This document shows positions 1 through 10,900 of a stretch of DNA of 64,000 nucleotides, in pieces. The position numbers and the translations under genes were made by a program. This DNA comes from Nageia nagi (lineage: Eukaryota; Plantae; Pinophyta). Positions within the stretch are counted from its first letter, which is position 1, and every line of letters begins with the position of its first letter. Below the pieces are notes generated by a model, which did not search any database, had not been told where the DNA came from, and saw only the letters and a list, made by a program, of their open reading frames with translations. The stretch is taken from positions 205,468,001 through 205,532,000 of the forward strand of contig JBITNC010000001.1 of assembly GCA_050084985.1 (NCBI GenBank). The letters run 5' to 3'.

Positions 1-150
1 CTCGACTTCCAAAATAGAAAGGATGAAGAATTACCAGGTGCACTTACTATAGAACTTGCCAAGGCCAAGGCATTCTTCGATGATCGATCTCACGGGATTC
101 CTGAGAACATCTTTGCTGCTGCTCACTCTACCGGTCCCACAGAGGGATGA
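1..150 (+). pseudogene. C-terminal end of an element-borne ORF (LDFQNRKDEELPGALTIELAKAKAFFDD...TEG*)
   Basis: 49 open codons from base 1 to TGA at 148-150. Same position relative to the downstream hairpin as the end of the F2 ORF, with weak similarity (ELAKAKAFF vs GMRKTMAFF). Confidence 0.4.
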
Positions 151-1482
151 TTAGGTAAATGCATATTTTATTTTCCAACTTATTATTCATATATTTTAAA
201 TTTCGCATTGTGATGGATGAGTTTTTACTCCCACAGTTGCGAAAAGACTCTTGATTTGACATAAAGATGGAATCCAATATAATCGAATGTGATCAGATGC
301 GGATTTAGTTGATGTGACGTTTAGCGGTGCTGTTTGGCTGCAGTTTTGTTTTCTATCAATAGTTTTCGCATTTTACAATACAGTATTAGGGTTGTATAGT
401 TGTTTTAGGGCAACATTTCATTTAATGAGGTTGTTAGTAGCATACTATAAGTACCCCTCATCAGATCATTTTGAAGAGAGATAAGGATCTAGGAGAGATA
501 GTTATGTAGTTAGAGATATGCATATGGTTGAATGTATGAGCATAAAGATTGTGCAATTGCTTTGAGTTGAATGTCAATTTTCTGAAGAGCATATTTTGAA
601 GCGCAACTTTTGCAGTTGAAGTTTTCATTACATGTATGTATGATCAATCTTTCTAGGAAACTTTGTCATCAATGAAAGTCTGATTGTGTATTTCATGGGA
701 TTGTAGTTTATGTTGATGGCATGGCATGCATGTTGTAGCAACATTTATATATTTATGAGCATTTCCTTTGAAAATCCGGCACTTTAGGGAAAGATTGTTG
801 AATATCTTTCTTAAATGGATGATTGATCATTCCTGCAATCTGCATACAGTTGCATTATTTTGGAATTACTCTGCTTTTCTGATATTTGATTGGCTTTATC
901 CACCGGAAATGAGAAACTGATCCACACACCATTTTATATCCACCTTACCACACCGGTGATTACCTTGTGCTCTTGCTAGGGAAAGATCCGAACCCAATCA
1001 CTTCCTCTCTTGCTTGATTACCCAGCGGAAATTTCATAATAAATCTGAAAGCAAAGTCCCAAACCCTATACAACGGTAAATAATCATTACTTACCTTACC
1101 ATCGACTACTAAGTTCACTTCGCTCTTGCATATCTATACACCCGGAATACCATTGTCCTTTGCTTTGAGTATTGTCATGAAAGTTACAGAAAACTGTGAA
1201 AGAATCCCAATAGGTCTGTAATTAATTTGTGGGTCTAGCATACAAGGTACTCCTGAAACCCATTAGTACCACATACCGGGTACTCGTATTTGCATACCAG
1301 CATACCGCCGTACCATGTGATCTAGTTGTGAGTTAACCACCCCAAGCACATTCTTACCTGAGCCACTCCCTCGACAAAAGAACACCTTTGATAGGTAAAG
1401 TCCTTTCAAGTGGAGGTAAGTAACGCTACCTCACTCATCTTGGTGTTGTTTCCCACAGGGAGGAAACAAACTCACGTCAACA
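1..1482 (+). mobile_element. 3' part of a giant LTR-type unit (copy X, same family as B/F2); runs off the left edge
   Basis: Ends ...CACGTCAACA at 1482. Shares the terminal GGTA..AGTCCT + stem-loop + TGTTG block with 15686-15808 and 47896-47984, and the GGATGAG..CTCC motif (215-234) with 19000 and 39967/40031. TATA-like actataagta near 444. Confidence 0.65.
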
Positions 1483-2624
1483 CTCATAAGTCTCAAAAAA
1501 TGACTAAGTGTTCGAGGAGTACCAAGGTGGTACCCAAGTCTCACTTTTCAAAGGATGCCATCTAGGTTGATATAATTATTATTTTATTGATTGACCAAAG
1601 GCGATTTAATAGTCAATATTCTTTTATTTGAGATAACTAATTTATATTTATTTTTAAAATGTTATGTATTAAAGTTAAATTTTAACTTTAGCATTTTAAA
1701 ATTAAAATAAAAAAAGGCACTAGAGAGACTTAGCGGAATAATAATCAAAATTTAAAAAAAAAATTAAAATGTCTATAGGAAAAAAAAGAAATAAGGTTCC
1801 AACATTAGAAATGTGTAAAAATTAAATTAAATGATTTAATAACCCTTTGCATACCCACAAGTCAAAAATAAATAAATAGAAAGTGCTTAGTCATCTTGAG
1901 GAGAGAAATATTTCCTAAAACCTTAAGTGTTGATTTCTTTCTAAATAAAGGGAGATAAGGACGAATTGTTTAAAAAGACAAATACATGACTTCCAAAATC
2001 ATGCGCTCCACTTAAGGATGTCTCCAGCTCGAGCACATAAAATAAAAGGACAAAAATGTGACTTTTGGTAAGATGCGCTAAAATCAGGAAGGCACTAGAA
2101 TGGAAGAAGATTATTCAAGAGAGGTAGCGTCGGGGAGATTAGTGAAAGGGTTTATGTGCACCATGAAAACTCCTTGTAAGTAGATTTTTGTTATAGCTGC
2201 TGCTGCCTGGAGAAATATGTGAGCAAAACGTGGTAAAATGCATAAATCCTGGAAACCGTTAGACATGCTGCAGCCAGTGGGGATATGCAATTCATGGCTA
2301 TGGCGAGAATGTCTTTGAACTATGTGACGTGTCTATAAACCCTTTGATCTGATGCGGCACTTCAAAACCCACCTAGCAACATAACTTGGGCATGCGTTCA
2401 GGTTTGAGGATGTTAAAAAAAGCTCTGAGAAGGGTAGATTGTCGGGCTTTATAGTGCATGACGAAGGAGAAAAGATGCCATGGAACCAAAACCAAACAAA
2501 ACCAAGGATACACCAGGCGTGACGAAGACTACAGATACTGAGGTCACGAACTGCTCTTGTGAGAATGCCACGGTTGCAAACGGTAGTGGATAGGTTGTTC
2601 GTATTTTGCAGGATCGTAGAAAAA

Positions 2625-3301
2625 ACAGCGCAAGCAATCATATAAAAGAATTGGTCCAGTTTCTTTGAATATTTGACAGCACTCGCCATAACATCTTTAC
2701 CTGCTGCAGTAGTGAACGGTGGTTTAAAGGCTATGCAGATTGTTATCAGTATCTCATTCTAGTAGGATCTTACAAAGCATCTACACGAAGCTTACCTTAC
2801 AAACCATGTATATTATGTGGCATCTAATTTAGGAGGGCTTTAAAGTCCAAGCCAGCGTATTACTGAGGATGTTGCAAAGTTCTGATCGACAATAAGTGAG
2901 CTATCTTCAGATACATTTAAACCTATATTAGAGGTCATCTTCTTCAACCGCTCTTTAGCAGAGACAATTGGGTGTAAAAGGCAGATTGTACTGCATGGGT
3001 ATTTCACTTTATCTTCAGCATTTGTTTGTGTATTATTAGTTCACCCTTAGCCTTTATCACGGCACAAGAAGCAACTTTGTCAGAAAATTCAGAGACACAC
3101 ATCAAAGAGTTGTGGCACATGTTGAAGAGATAACATCTAATGATCCACTAGGAAGAGCTGCAGAATGCAAGATTCTAGATGACCATTTACACAGATTAAT
3201 ATGACATTCAAAACTATATACATTGCAAAGATTTCTCCAACTGGTTGTAGATGGTTATGCTGTCAAATATCTCACTCCAGTTACTGGGCCTTGTGTTTTT
3301 G
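2625..3301 (+). pseudogene. ABC transporter subfamily D (peroxisomal-type) pseudogene, transmembrane domain, intronless
   Basis: Translation with stops and frameshifts: NWSSFFEYLTALAITSLPAAVVNGGLKAMQ..LTKHLHEAYLTNHVYYVASNLGGL*SPSQRITEDVAKF*STISELSSDTFKPILEVIFFNRSL..AQEATLS..FRDTHQRVVAHVEEI..VDGYAVKYL. QRITEDV and the EAA-like segment are ABCD TMD hallmarks. Interrupted by element A at 3302. Confidence 0.85.
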
Positions 3302-4508
3302 TGTGATGTTCCCTTTGTATATTTAGTGGGACCAGTTTGGTCATCTCGTATTATACTTTATTCATGTACTTGCATTTGCATTGTTGTAATTTAGGATAGG
3401 AGATTTAATGGGTCAGTGGACCCTACTGTGAGCACCAAGTGAGACATCTCCCTCCTAAGTAGTAGATTAGGCATCTGTTCTATTGGAGATCCTGGATTGT
3501 GGGAATCCCAAGGTATATTTATGTATTAGAGTGATGGACGGCCACCTGCATACTAGCACCTGGGGAGGGCCCCACACCCCCACGTTGGCACTTTAAGTGG
3601 TCAGGACCCCATGTTGGCACTTTAAGTGGTCAGGACCCCATGTTGGCACTTTAAGTGGTCAGGACCCCATGTTGGCACTTTAAGTGCTTATGACCCCACG
3701 TTGGCACTTTAAGTGATCATGAGATCCGGACATAAGATAGTAGTGTATAAATAGACACTAGAGCTTCATTATTGGACGCACTTGTTGATTATTACTTCTA
3801 CTACAGTCCTTCAAACACAAATCTTAGCGGAGCTAAGCAACCATTTCTAGGCGGAGCGTCTAGAGGGCAGTTAGGTTGAGGGATCCTATTTGTCTATGGC
3901 ATTGGTGGAGCACCTTTGCCTATCTGGTGGCATTCCAAGTGTTTACTTCTACCATTCAGTTGGTCAACTAGAGTTCCAAGAGGGCTCCTTCAGTGGAGAG
4001 GATTTGAGGTATGAGGGGGTAGATCTGTCCCATGGTTCCATAGTTCGTCCAGTATTGGAGATACTTAATATTGTGCCCTAGTTGGCTCCTTCGAGGCCAA
4101 CATCTGCCCCTTAGGGCTTGGTATTGTATTATTTTCATATCATTTGTATACAGCCATAGGGCATTGGATCTCATTCGTGTATTGTGTATTCCATACTTGT
4201 GCATGCGTTGGATTGTTTATGCTTCACTGTGCATGTATGAGCCAGATGTTGGCATTCTGATGTGTTATTCATTGTTATATGCTTGCAATTGCTAGACGTT
4301 GGCATAATGATGTATTAATGATTGGATCTTGCATGTTATACTTAAAAGTTGGCATCTTGAGGGTTTGAATGTTTAATGCTAATGCCCTAACCCTAACGTT
4401 GCATATTTGAGGGTGTGTTGGCTTGTGTTTGGTGCCCTAGACCTGACGTCAGGATTTGATGGTCTAAATTTGATAGTTGTGGTTGAATTTCATTTTTGGA
4501 TCATCCCA
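3302..4508 (+). repeat. 5' LTR of element A, with five 29-bp tandem units at ~3577-3722
   Basis: TGTGATG...ATCCCA, direct repeat of 16883-18203. Unit ACCCCATGTTGGCACTTTAAGTGGTCAGG. TATAAATA near 3746. Confidence 0.92.
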
Positions 4509-4510
4509 AG

Positions 4511-4523
4511 TGGTATCAGAGCC
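4511..4523 (+). promoter_or_regulatory. Primer binding site (initiator tRNA-Met) of element A
   Basis: TGGTATCAGAGCC 2 nt after the LTR end. Confidence 0.9.
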
Positions 4524-4543
4524 TGGATTTGGCCAGCCTATGT

Positions 4544-6231
4544 ATGAAACCCAATATCCATTGCTACTACACCAGGTACATCAACCAAAGACGTATGGCA
4601 TCCACTACAAAGAGAGGAAGATCACATGCAGAGGAGGCATCAGAGAGAGCTGACCAAGAGGAGGATAGACGACCATGGATGAATGAGCCACAAGAAGAGA
4701 GGGTTTCTGGTGATGAGGGAGAGGCACAAAGAGACAGGCAGAGGATTGCCAAGAAGAGGAGTTCCACTCCGGTTCCAGGATCCGCTTCCGAACAAAAGTT
4801 TGATGAGCTCATTTCAGCCATTCACAATATGACCGAAGTGATGACTTCTATGGATCGAAAGATGACTAGACATTGGGGAGATCTTGATGAGCCAAAGAGG
4901 TGCCATACAGCCCCACAGCATACCAAAGAAGATCAAGAAGCACTGCACCATGTTTAGGATGAGAGGAAGCACCCACGACTAGCCAGGGAAGACAGGGAGC
5001 ACCCATGTTGGGCCAAGGATGAAAGGGAACACCCACGTTTGGCCAGAGATGACCAGGAGACCCCATGTCTAGCCAGGGATGAGAGAGGAGCACCACGTTT
5101 GGCCAAAGGAGACAAAGATGAGTGGATTGAGGAGGATCGGACCAATCATGAGCCTAGCTTGAGGAGATCTTGGAGTTTGAGGGATAGAGTCTACTTACCA
5201 TGGATCGATGGGAAAGCCAAAAGCCACTTTCCTGAGATCCCATTCACACAGAGCACCCTAGGGTACAAACCCTCTCCTAAGGAGATACCTGGAGGAGGAC
5301 ATTGGCAAGATGGAAGAGTAGCCAGTAATTCCGAAGCCATCTAGGCCCATGTTTGTGAAAAAGGCTAGGGAGGCTTCGAAGAGCAAGGTGCCTAGTCTGG
5401 TAAAGTTGAACCAGATCTTCAGAGAGTATTCCATGTTGGATCCAAGACTAAGGAGGGATGTCAACTTCAACAGCTATCTTAAGCTCTTGGTGTTGAAGGG
5501 TAGCTCAACGATTGGTGAAGAGGTTTGACCAAAAGAAAGAGAATGACTACTTCGGACATCTGACAACATTGAGGCAATCGAGTGTTGTTGACGAGTATTT
5601 GATAGACTTCCAGAGGATAGCCGTCATGATCCACCACATTCCTGAGGAGAGACTAGCTTTTCTCTTCATCGAGGGTTTGACGAAGCCTCTACCAGTAATG
5701 GTCAAGGTGTCCTCTCCTAGGAGCCTTGATGATGCTATTCGGGCAACCTATGACTTGGAACCCACCGTGAAATCCCTTAGGCAAGGACTTGTATCCAAGG
5801 GGCCAGCTAACCGAAGGCCATTTGTTGAGGGGCCTAGCAAGGCCAAGACACTTCATCCAGGCCATTGGACGTAGCCACACGGAGGAAGCCGAGAGAAGAG
5901 GGCAAGTGCTTCTACTGCAAGAAGACTTGGGAGCCCAAGCAACATTGTTTGGGGAAGGGACAAGTACATTATATTGAGGTGTTTTCGAAAGATGAGTCGG
6001 ATGATTCAGACTTGGAGGTGGGAGAAGATACCATGGAGCCAAGGTCACCACGGGTTGAGGCCACTCTCAGAAGCATGATCGCTTCACTGCATGGAGTGAA
6101 GAAGTACTTGACATTCAAGATTGTGGGACAGGCGAGTGGACAAGATATGATGGTGCTGATTGATCCTAGAGCATCTCACAACTTCATAGATGTCGGCTTT
6201 GTTGAGAGGAAGAATTTGAGGACCAAGGCAT
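4544..6231 (+). pseudogene. gag: Degenerate gag and N-terminal half of the aspartic protease of element A
   Basis: LVKRFDQ..YFGHLTTLRQSSVVDEYLIDFQRI..FIEGL (retrotransposon gag), zinc knuckle CFYCKKTWEPKQHC, protease VLIDPRASHNFID. Several stops and frameshifts. Confidence 0.88.
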
Positions 6232-7908
6232 TGTTGTGCCCACACAACACACCGCAAGATGCAGCATTTTTGGGATCCTATTTTTTCAAAGGCAATGAGG
6301 TGCATTGCCTTGAGATTGGCTTTTGCCGACGAATAGTTCATTCTAAAGAGTAGCAAAGTATCCAGCCGCAAATTTTGTAGCCAAGGAGCTAGGATTTGAG
6401 AGCTATTGACAAAGTACGAATTTTTGGCTCTAACATAAGATCGATAGAGATAGGGCCATTTTGGTCAATTTTGAGCCCAAAAAAGGCGAGCATAACCAAA
6501 AGGTGCGTTTTGGTCACTTTTGAGCCTAAAAAGCTAAAAAATAGTTAGTATCACTAAAAAGCATGTTTTGGTCAATTTTGATCCCGGAAGTGGTCAATAT
6601 GGTAAAAATATGCATTTTTGCACAGGTTAAGCTCAAAAATAACCAAAAGTGCAAAGTTGAGCTCCAAATGACTAGAAATGTTGGAAATGATCGTTTTTGC
6701 CTAAAAATGCCTAAAATATACACTAAGAGCTCGAAAATGATCAAAAATGCAAAGTTTGAGCTCGAAAGTGCCGAAAAGTGCGTTTTGGTCGAGTTCAAGC
6801 TCGGAAAAGATGGAAATGACCGAGATGATAGGGAATTGATCATGAGTGTTCTAAAACAACGAATACAACCAAAGATGGTGCACGAAAGCTATTCACAGGA
6901 CGTTGTGAGACAGTTCAACGTGCCAAACTATCTATTTTGAAGCTTTAAGGAATCCCAACTCCAGGAGATGGTGTTAATGAGTAGTGAGGACAGATTTTAA
7001 TGATAAAGGGAGATGAAGAATACAGTTCCAGACATATTTGGGCTTGGAACTTTTAAGTTCTGATTGAAGGGGTTCCCTAGGGAATGGGGTTCCCTAGGGA
7101 ATGAAATCAAGAGACAAGTTTTGACTTCCAAGAAGTGTGGAGTTGAGTTTGAGCCTAGAAAAAGGACATTTTTCAAGTAATGTCAAAATGAAAATCTAAG
7201 AGAAAGGTGTGATGCCAAATCCAATTTTAGGCACCTTTACTCTTGAAATATTTGAAAAAAGTCAAAAAATGCCCTTCCTAGAGTTTTCCCTCGCTCAAGT
7301 TTGGAAATTAGCCTAAAACCTCCAAAACGAGCACCTACCCTTCTTGCACCCCAAAATTGCAAAAACTCAAAATTTTTGATCTCCATGAGGTGTAGGATGG
7401 GATTTCACACAAGATTGATGATTTGAGCTTTCAAAAAAAATGAGATTTAATCCCTCAAAATCATCAAAAATTGATCAGCAAATGAGAGAGCTCCAAAATT
7501 TTCCAAAGTTGGCCAAATCAAAAAAGAAGAAAGAGGTAAGGTGGCAAATCCAAAATGGAGCATCTTTGCTCTTGAAATTTTAAAAAATGACAAATTTTTG
7601 CCCTCCCTGAAGTTAGGCACTGGTTTTGCATGATTTCCCTCATTTGCCCAAGTTTCCAAAATTGCCTAAAACCCCCAAAACCTGCGCCAAGCTTGGGAGC
7701 ACTCAAAACTTGTCAAAATTCAAAAAATTTGGTCCTAGGAGCATGGGAAATCCAATTTTGCACAAGTTTCATGTTATAAGTTTTTGAAAAAATGTTGATC
7801 TACTCCCTCAAAATCACAAAAAATGGATCAGCCAATGGGAGAGCTTGAAAAATTTTCCAAATTTTTTAAAATGGTCAAAACCAAAATTGGAGAGAAAGGT
7901 AGGGTGGA

Positions 7909-10900
7909 TGTGATGATCCAAATTTAATTTCAACCATAAACTAGCAATTTAATTTCAGTTCTAGGGCATCAACATACAATCAAACAAACCCTCAAGTGCC
8001 AACGTTAGGGTTGGGATAATGAATAAGCATCATAATAATGGAAACATGCCAACATCTAGCTCATACACTTGATTAGCAATGAACATCACATTACAACGCC
8101 AACATTTTGCTCATACATGTACAATGAAGCAAAGACAATCCAAAGCATGCACAAGTATGGAATACGCAACACAATAATGAGATCCAATACCCTCTGGCTG
8201 TATACAAAAGATATGAATAGCAATAATACAATACCAATCCCTAAGGGGCAGTCGTTGGCCTCCAAGGAGCCAACTAGGGCACAACAACAAGTATCTCCAA
8301 TACCGGACAAACTACGGAACCATGGGACAAATCTACAACCTCAGATCTCGAATCCTCTCCACTGAAGGAGCCCTCCTCGAACTCTGGCTGATCAATTGAA
8401 CGGTAGAAGTAAACCCTCAGAATGCCACTGGATGGGCAAAGGTGCTCCACCAATGCCGTAGATAATCAAGATCCCAATGCTTGACTACCCTCTAGACGCT
8501 CCACCTAGGAATGGTTGCTTAGCACCGCTAAGAGTTGCGTCCGAAGGACTATAGTAGAAGTGTAATAATAATAAGTGTGTCCAGTAATGAAGCTCCAATG
8601 TCTATTCATACATTACTTATGTCTGTATCTCACCTAGGTGTCATCCCAGGCCCATCTAATCCAACGTTGGGTATTTGGGAGGCCCAATCACTTAAAGTGC
8701 CAACATGGGGGTCATGATCACTTAAGTTGCCAAGTGGGGTCCCTAGCACTTAAAGTGCCAACGTGGGGGTTTTGGAGTCCTCATGAGCCAACGTGGGGGT
8801 GTGGGGCCCTCCCCAGTGTGGCGCTAGCATGCTAGTGCTTGTCCATCACTCTAATGCATAAACATACCTTGGGATTCCCACAATCCGAGATCTCCAATAC
8901 ATTACATGCCTAATCTACTACTTATGAGGGAGACGTCCCACTTGGGGCTCACAGTGGGGTCCACTTGACCCATTAAGTCTCCTATCCTAAGTTACAACAA
9001 CGTAAATGCAAATATATCAAATAGATATAGTACAAGATGACCAGACTGATCCCACTAAAATTACAAAAGGGATATCACAAAGCCTCCCCTCTAGCGATTG
9101 CTTGCCCTAAAGCAATTAGAATATGATCCAGGGTCCCAAACCCATCTTAAGGGGTAGAGTCCATCATGCTCAAGAGAAGAAATCATATCAACTGTGCATC
9201 CAACCAATTTGACCTCAAGAGTGTGCTCAACAACCTTCCAAGAATCAACAAGTGTATGATGCTCAAATCTAAAATGAAGATCGGCATGTAAGGGCTCAAA
9301 ACATGTCTTGAAGAAACATAGGGTTGTATGTATATGGAAATCTCCGAGAGGATATACCTGCAAAAACCTCAAGTAAATCATATGCAAGTATAAACAAGTG
9401 GAGCCTTTGCTCCCAATCTGAGGCCAAGCTCTCTCCAATCCCAACGTAGAGTCCAAGACTCCTCCAATCAGCAATCTGAAACCAAATGCTTCCCCAACCT
9501 CTAACGTGGGGTGCCCACATGTCAGCTGAAATCTCGTGAAATTAGACCTTCCCAAGTCCAACATGGTATCCTCCAACTCGTGAAACCTCCATAAGGGGAA
9601 TGCAAACTTCCTCAAACTCAACGATGGGTGCCCATCACCATCACACCTCTCAACAGCAATCCTGGCCTCCCCACTCCTCAACATGGGACACCAATTCTCC
9701 TGGCAGCTCCTCATGGGATGGTGAGCCTCCCAGATACCCAACGTGGCATGACAGGACTCCTCGAAGCTCAACGTGGGGTGGCTACTCCTCAGGAAGCTCA
9801 ACGTGGGTGAGCAACCTCTAGTGTGTCCAACGTGGGGTGGTAACTCTCCTAGATGCCCAACATGCATCCAACAAACTCATCTTCAAGCGTGTACACAACA
9901 ATCCTCAAAAATGAACAATTATATTCAAAGTGAGGTCAAACCAACTTCCCAACATGCATGTTAACATCAGAAATGCAAGCTACTATCAATCTACAAAGAT
10001 ATGTGATCTTTCTCATGCGCTCAAAGTCACCAAATAGGTTTAGAAAACCAGCAGTCCCCCTGCATCCCGATGCTATCCATGATGAGCATAACATGGAGCG
10101 TAAACGTGGGTGGCACTTCCCGCAACCATTGCTGATTTCTCCTCATGCAACAATGTCTTCAAGTGATGCAGAGTGGAACAAAACATTCTCTTCCAAAAAT
10201 CAGCAAGTGTGTGATAGTTAGATCTGAAATGAAAGTCAGCATACAATGGCTCAAAATCAGTTCTCAATGTTCCCCATGCATCGGACGAACATATGATAAC
10301 AACCTCTACAGTGGACAAGGAAGTTGTCAACTTGGCTTCTTCCAAAATATCCCCAAATGGTACAAGGAAAGTCATCCATGGAATCTTCAACTATGTACAA
10401 ACAGCAGGTAATACACCAATTCCTGAGATGCCAACAACAAGCCAAGCACAGTCCCAAAATCCCATGCAATGCTCAACAGTCCATTCGTTATCGAATGTAG
10501 CCATTAATCAGAGTTATCAATCCTTAAACCATCATCAAGGCATGCAACAATACATCCACTAACAGTTACCAATGTGTCCTCAATTTAAGTCCCTGCTATC
10601 CTCAGAAGTGTTGTCCAATCAGCCAAGGATGTAGCCCTGTTAGTCATGAAGAATGCAACCCCAGATGTTAACAACAGTGGCAACATTTCAGTCCCAACTG
10701 TCTTCCATTTTCCCTTATCAAATGCTGCCCTTGAAATGTACCAACTCAGCTCAGAGATAGCTGAAATCAGATCTGAATGTCTTCCTTCTAAATCAGCCCA
10801 CACCAAGCACAAAGAAGAAGAGTGAAACCTCCTAGTAATGCATGAGTTTCCCTCATAACAGTGATGAATATTTAAGAACATAATGGCCACAAAAGTCAAC

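Noticed and set aside
2333-2689. 118-aa minus-strand ORF
   Set aside because: It is antisense to the ABCD relic and its upstream region, with no recognisable domain.
3577-3722. Regular 29-30 bp repeats resembling a CRISPR array (also 57940-58400)
   Set aside because: Units are contiguous tandem repeats without unique spacers, lie inside plant LTR elements, and no cas genes are present.
3890-4295. Short ORFs inside the A/C LTRs (also 8069-8365, 12576-12941, 17664-17991)
   Set aside because: They recur only because the LTRs are repeats; they show no protein-like features and overlap on both strands.
4385-4396. CCCTAACCCTAA telomere-like repeat
   Set aside because: Only two units, and part of the LTR (repeated at ~18081); not an interstitial telomere.
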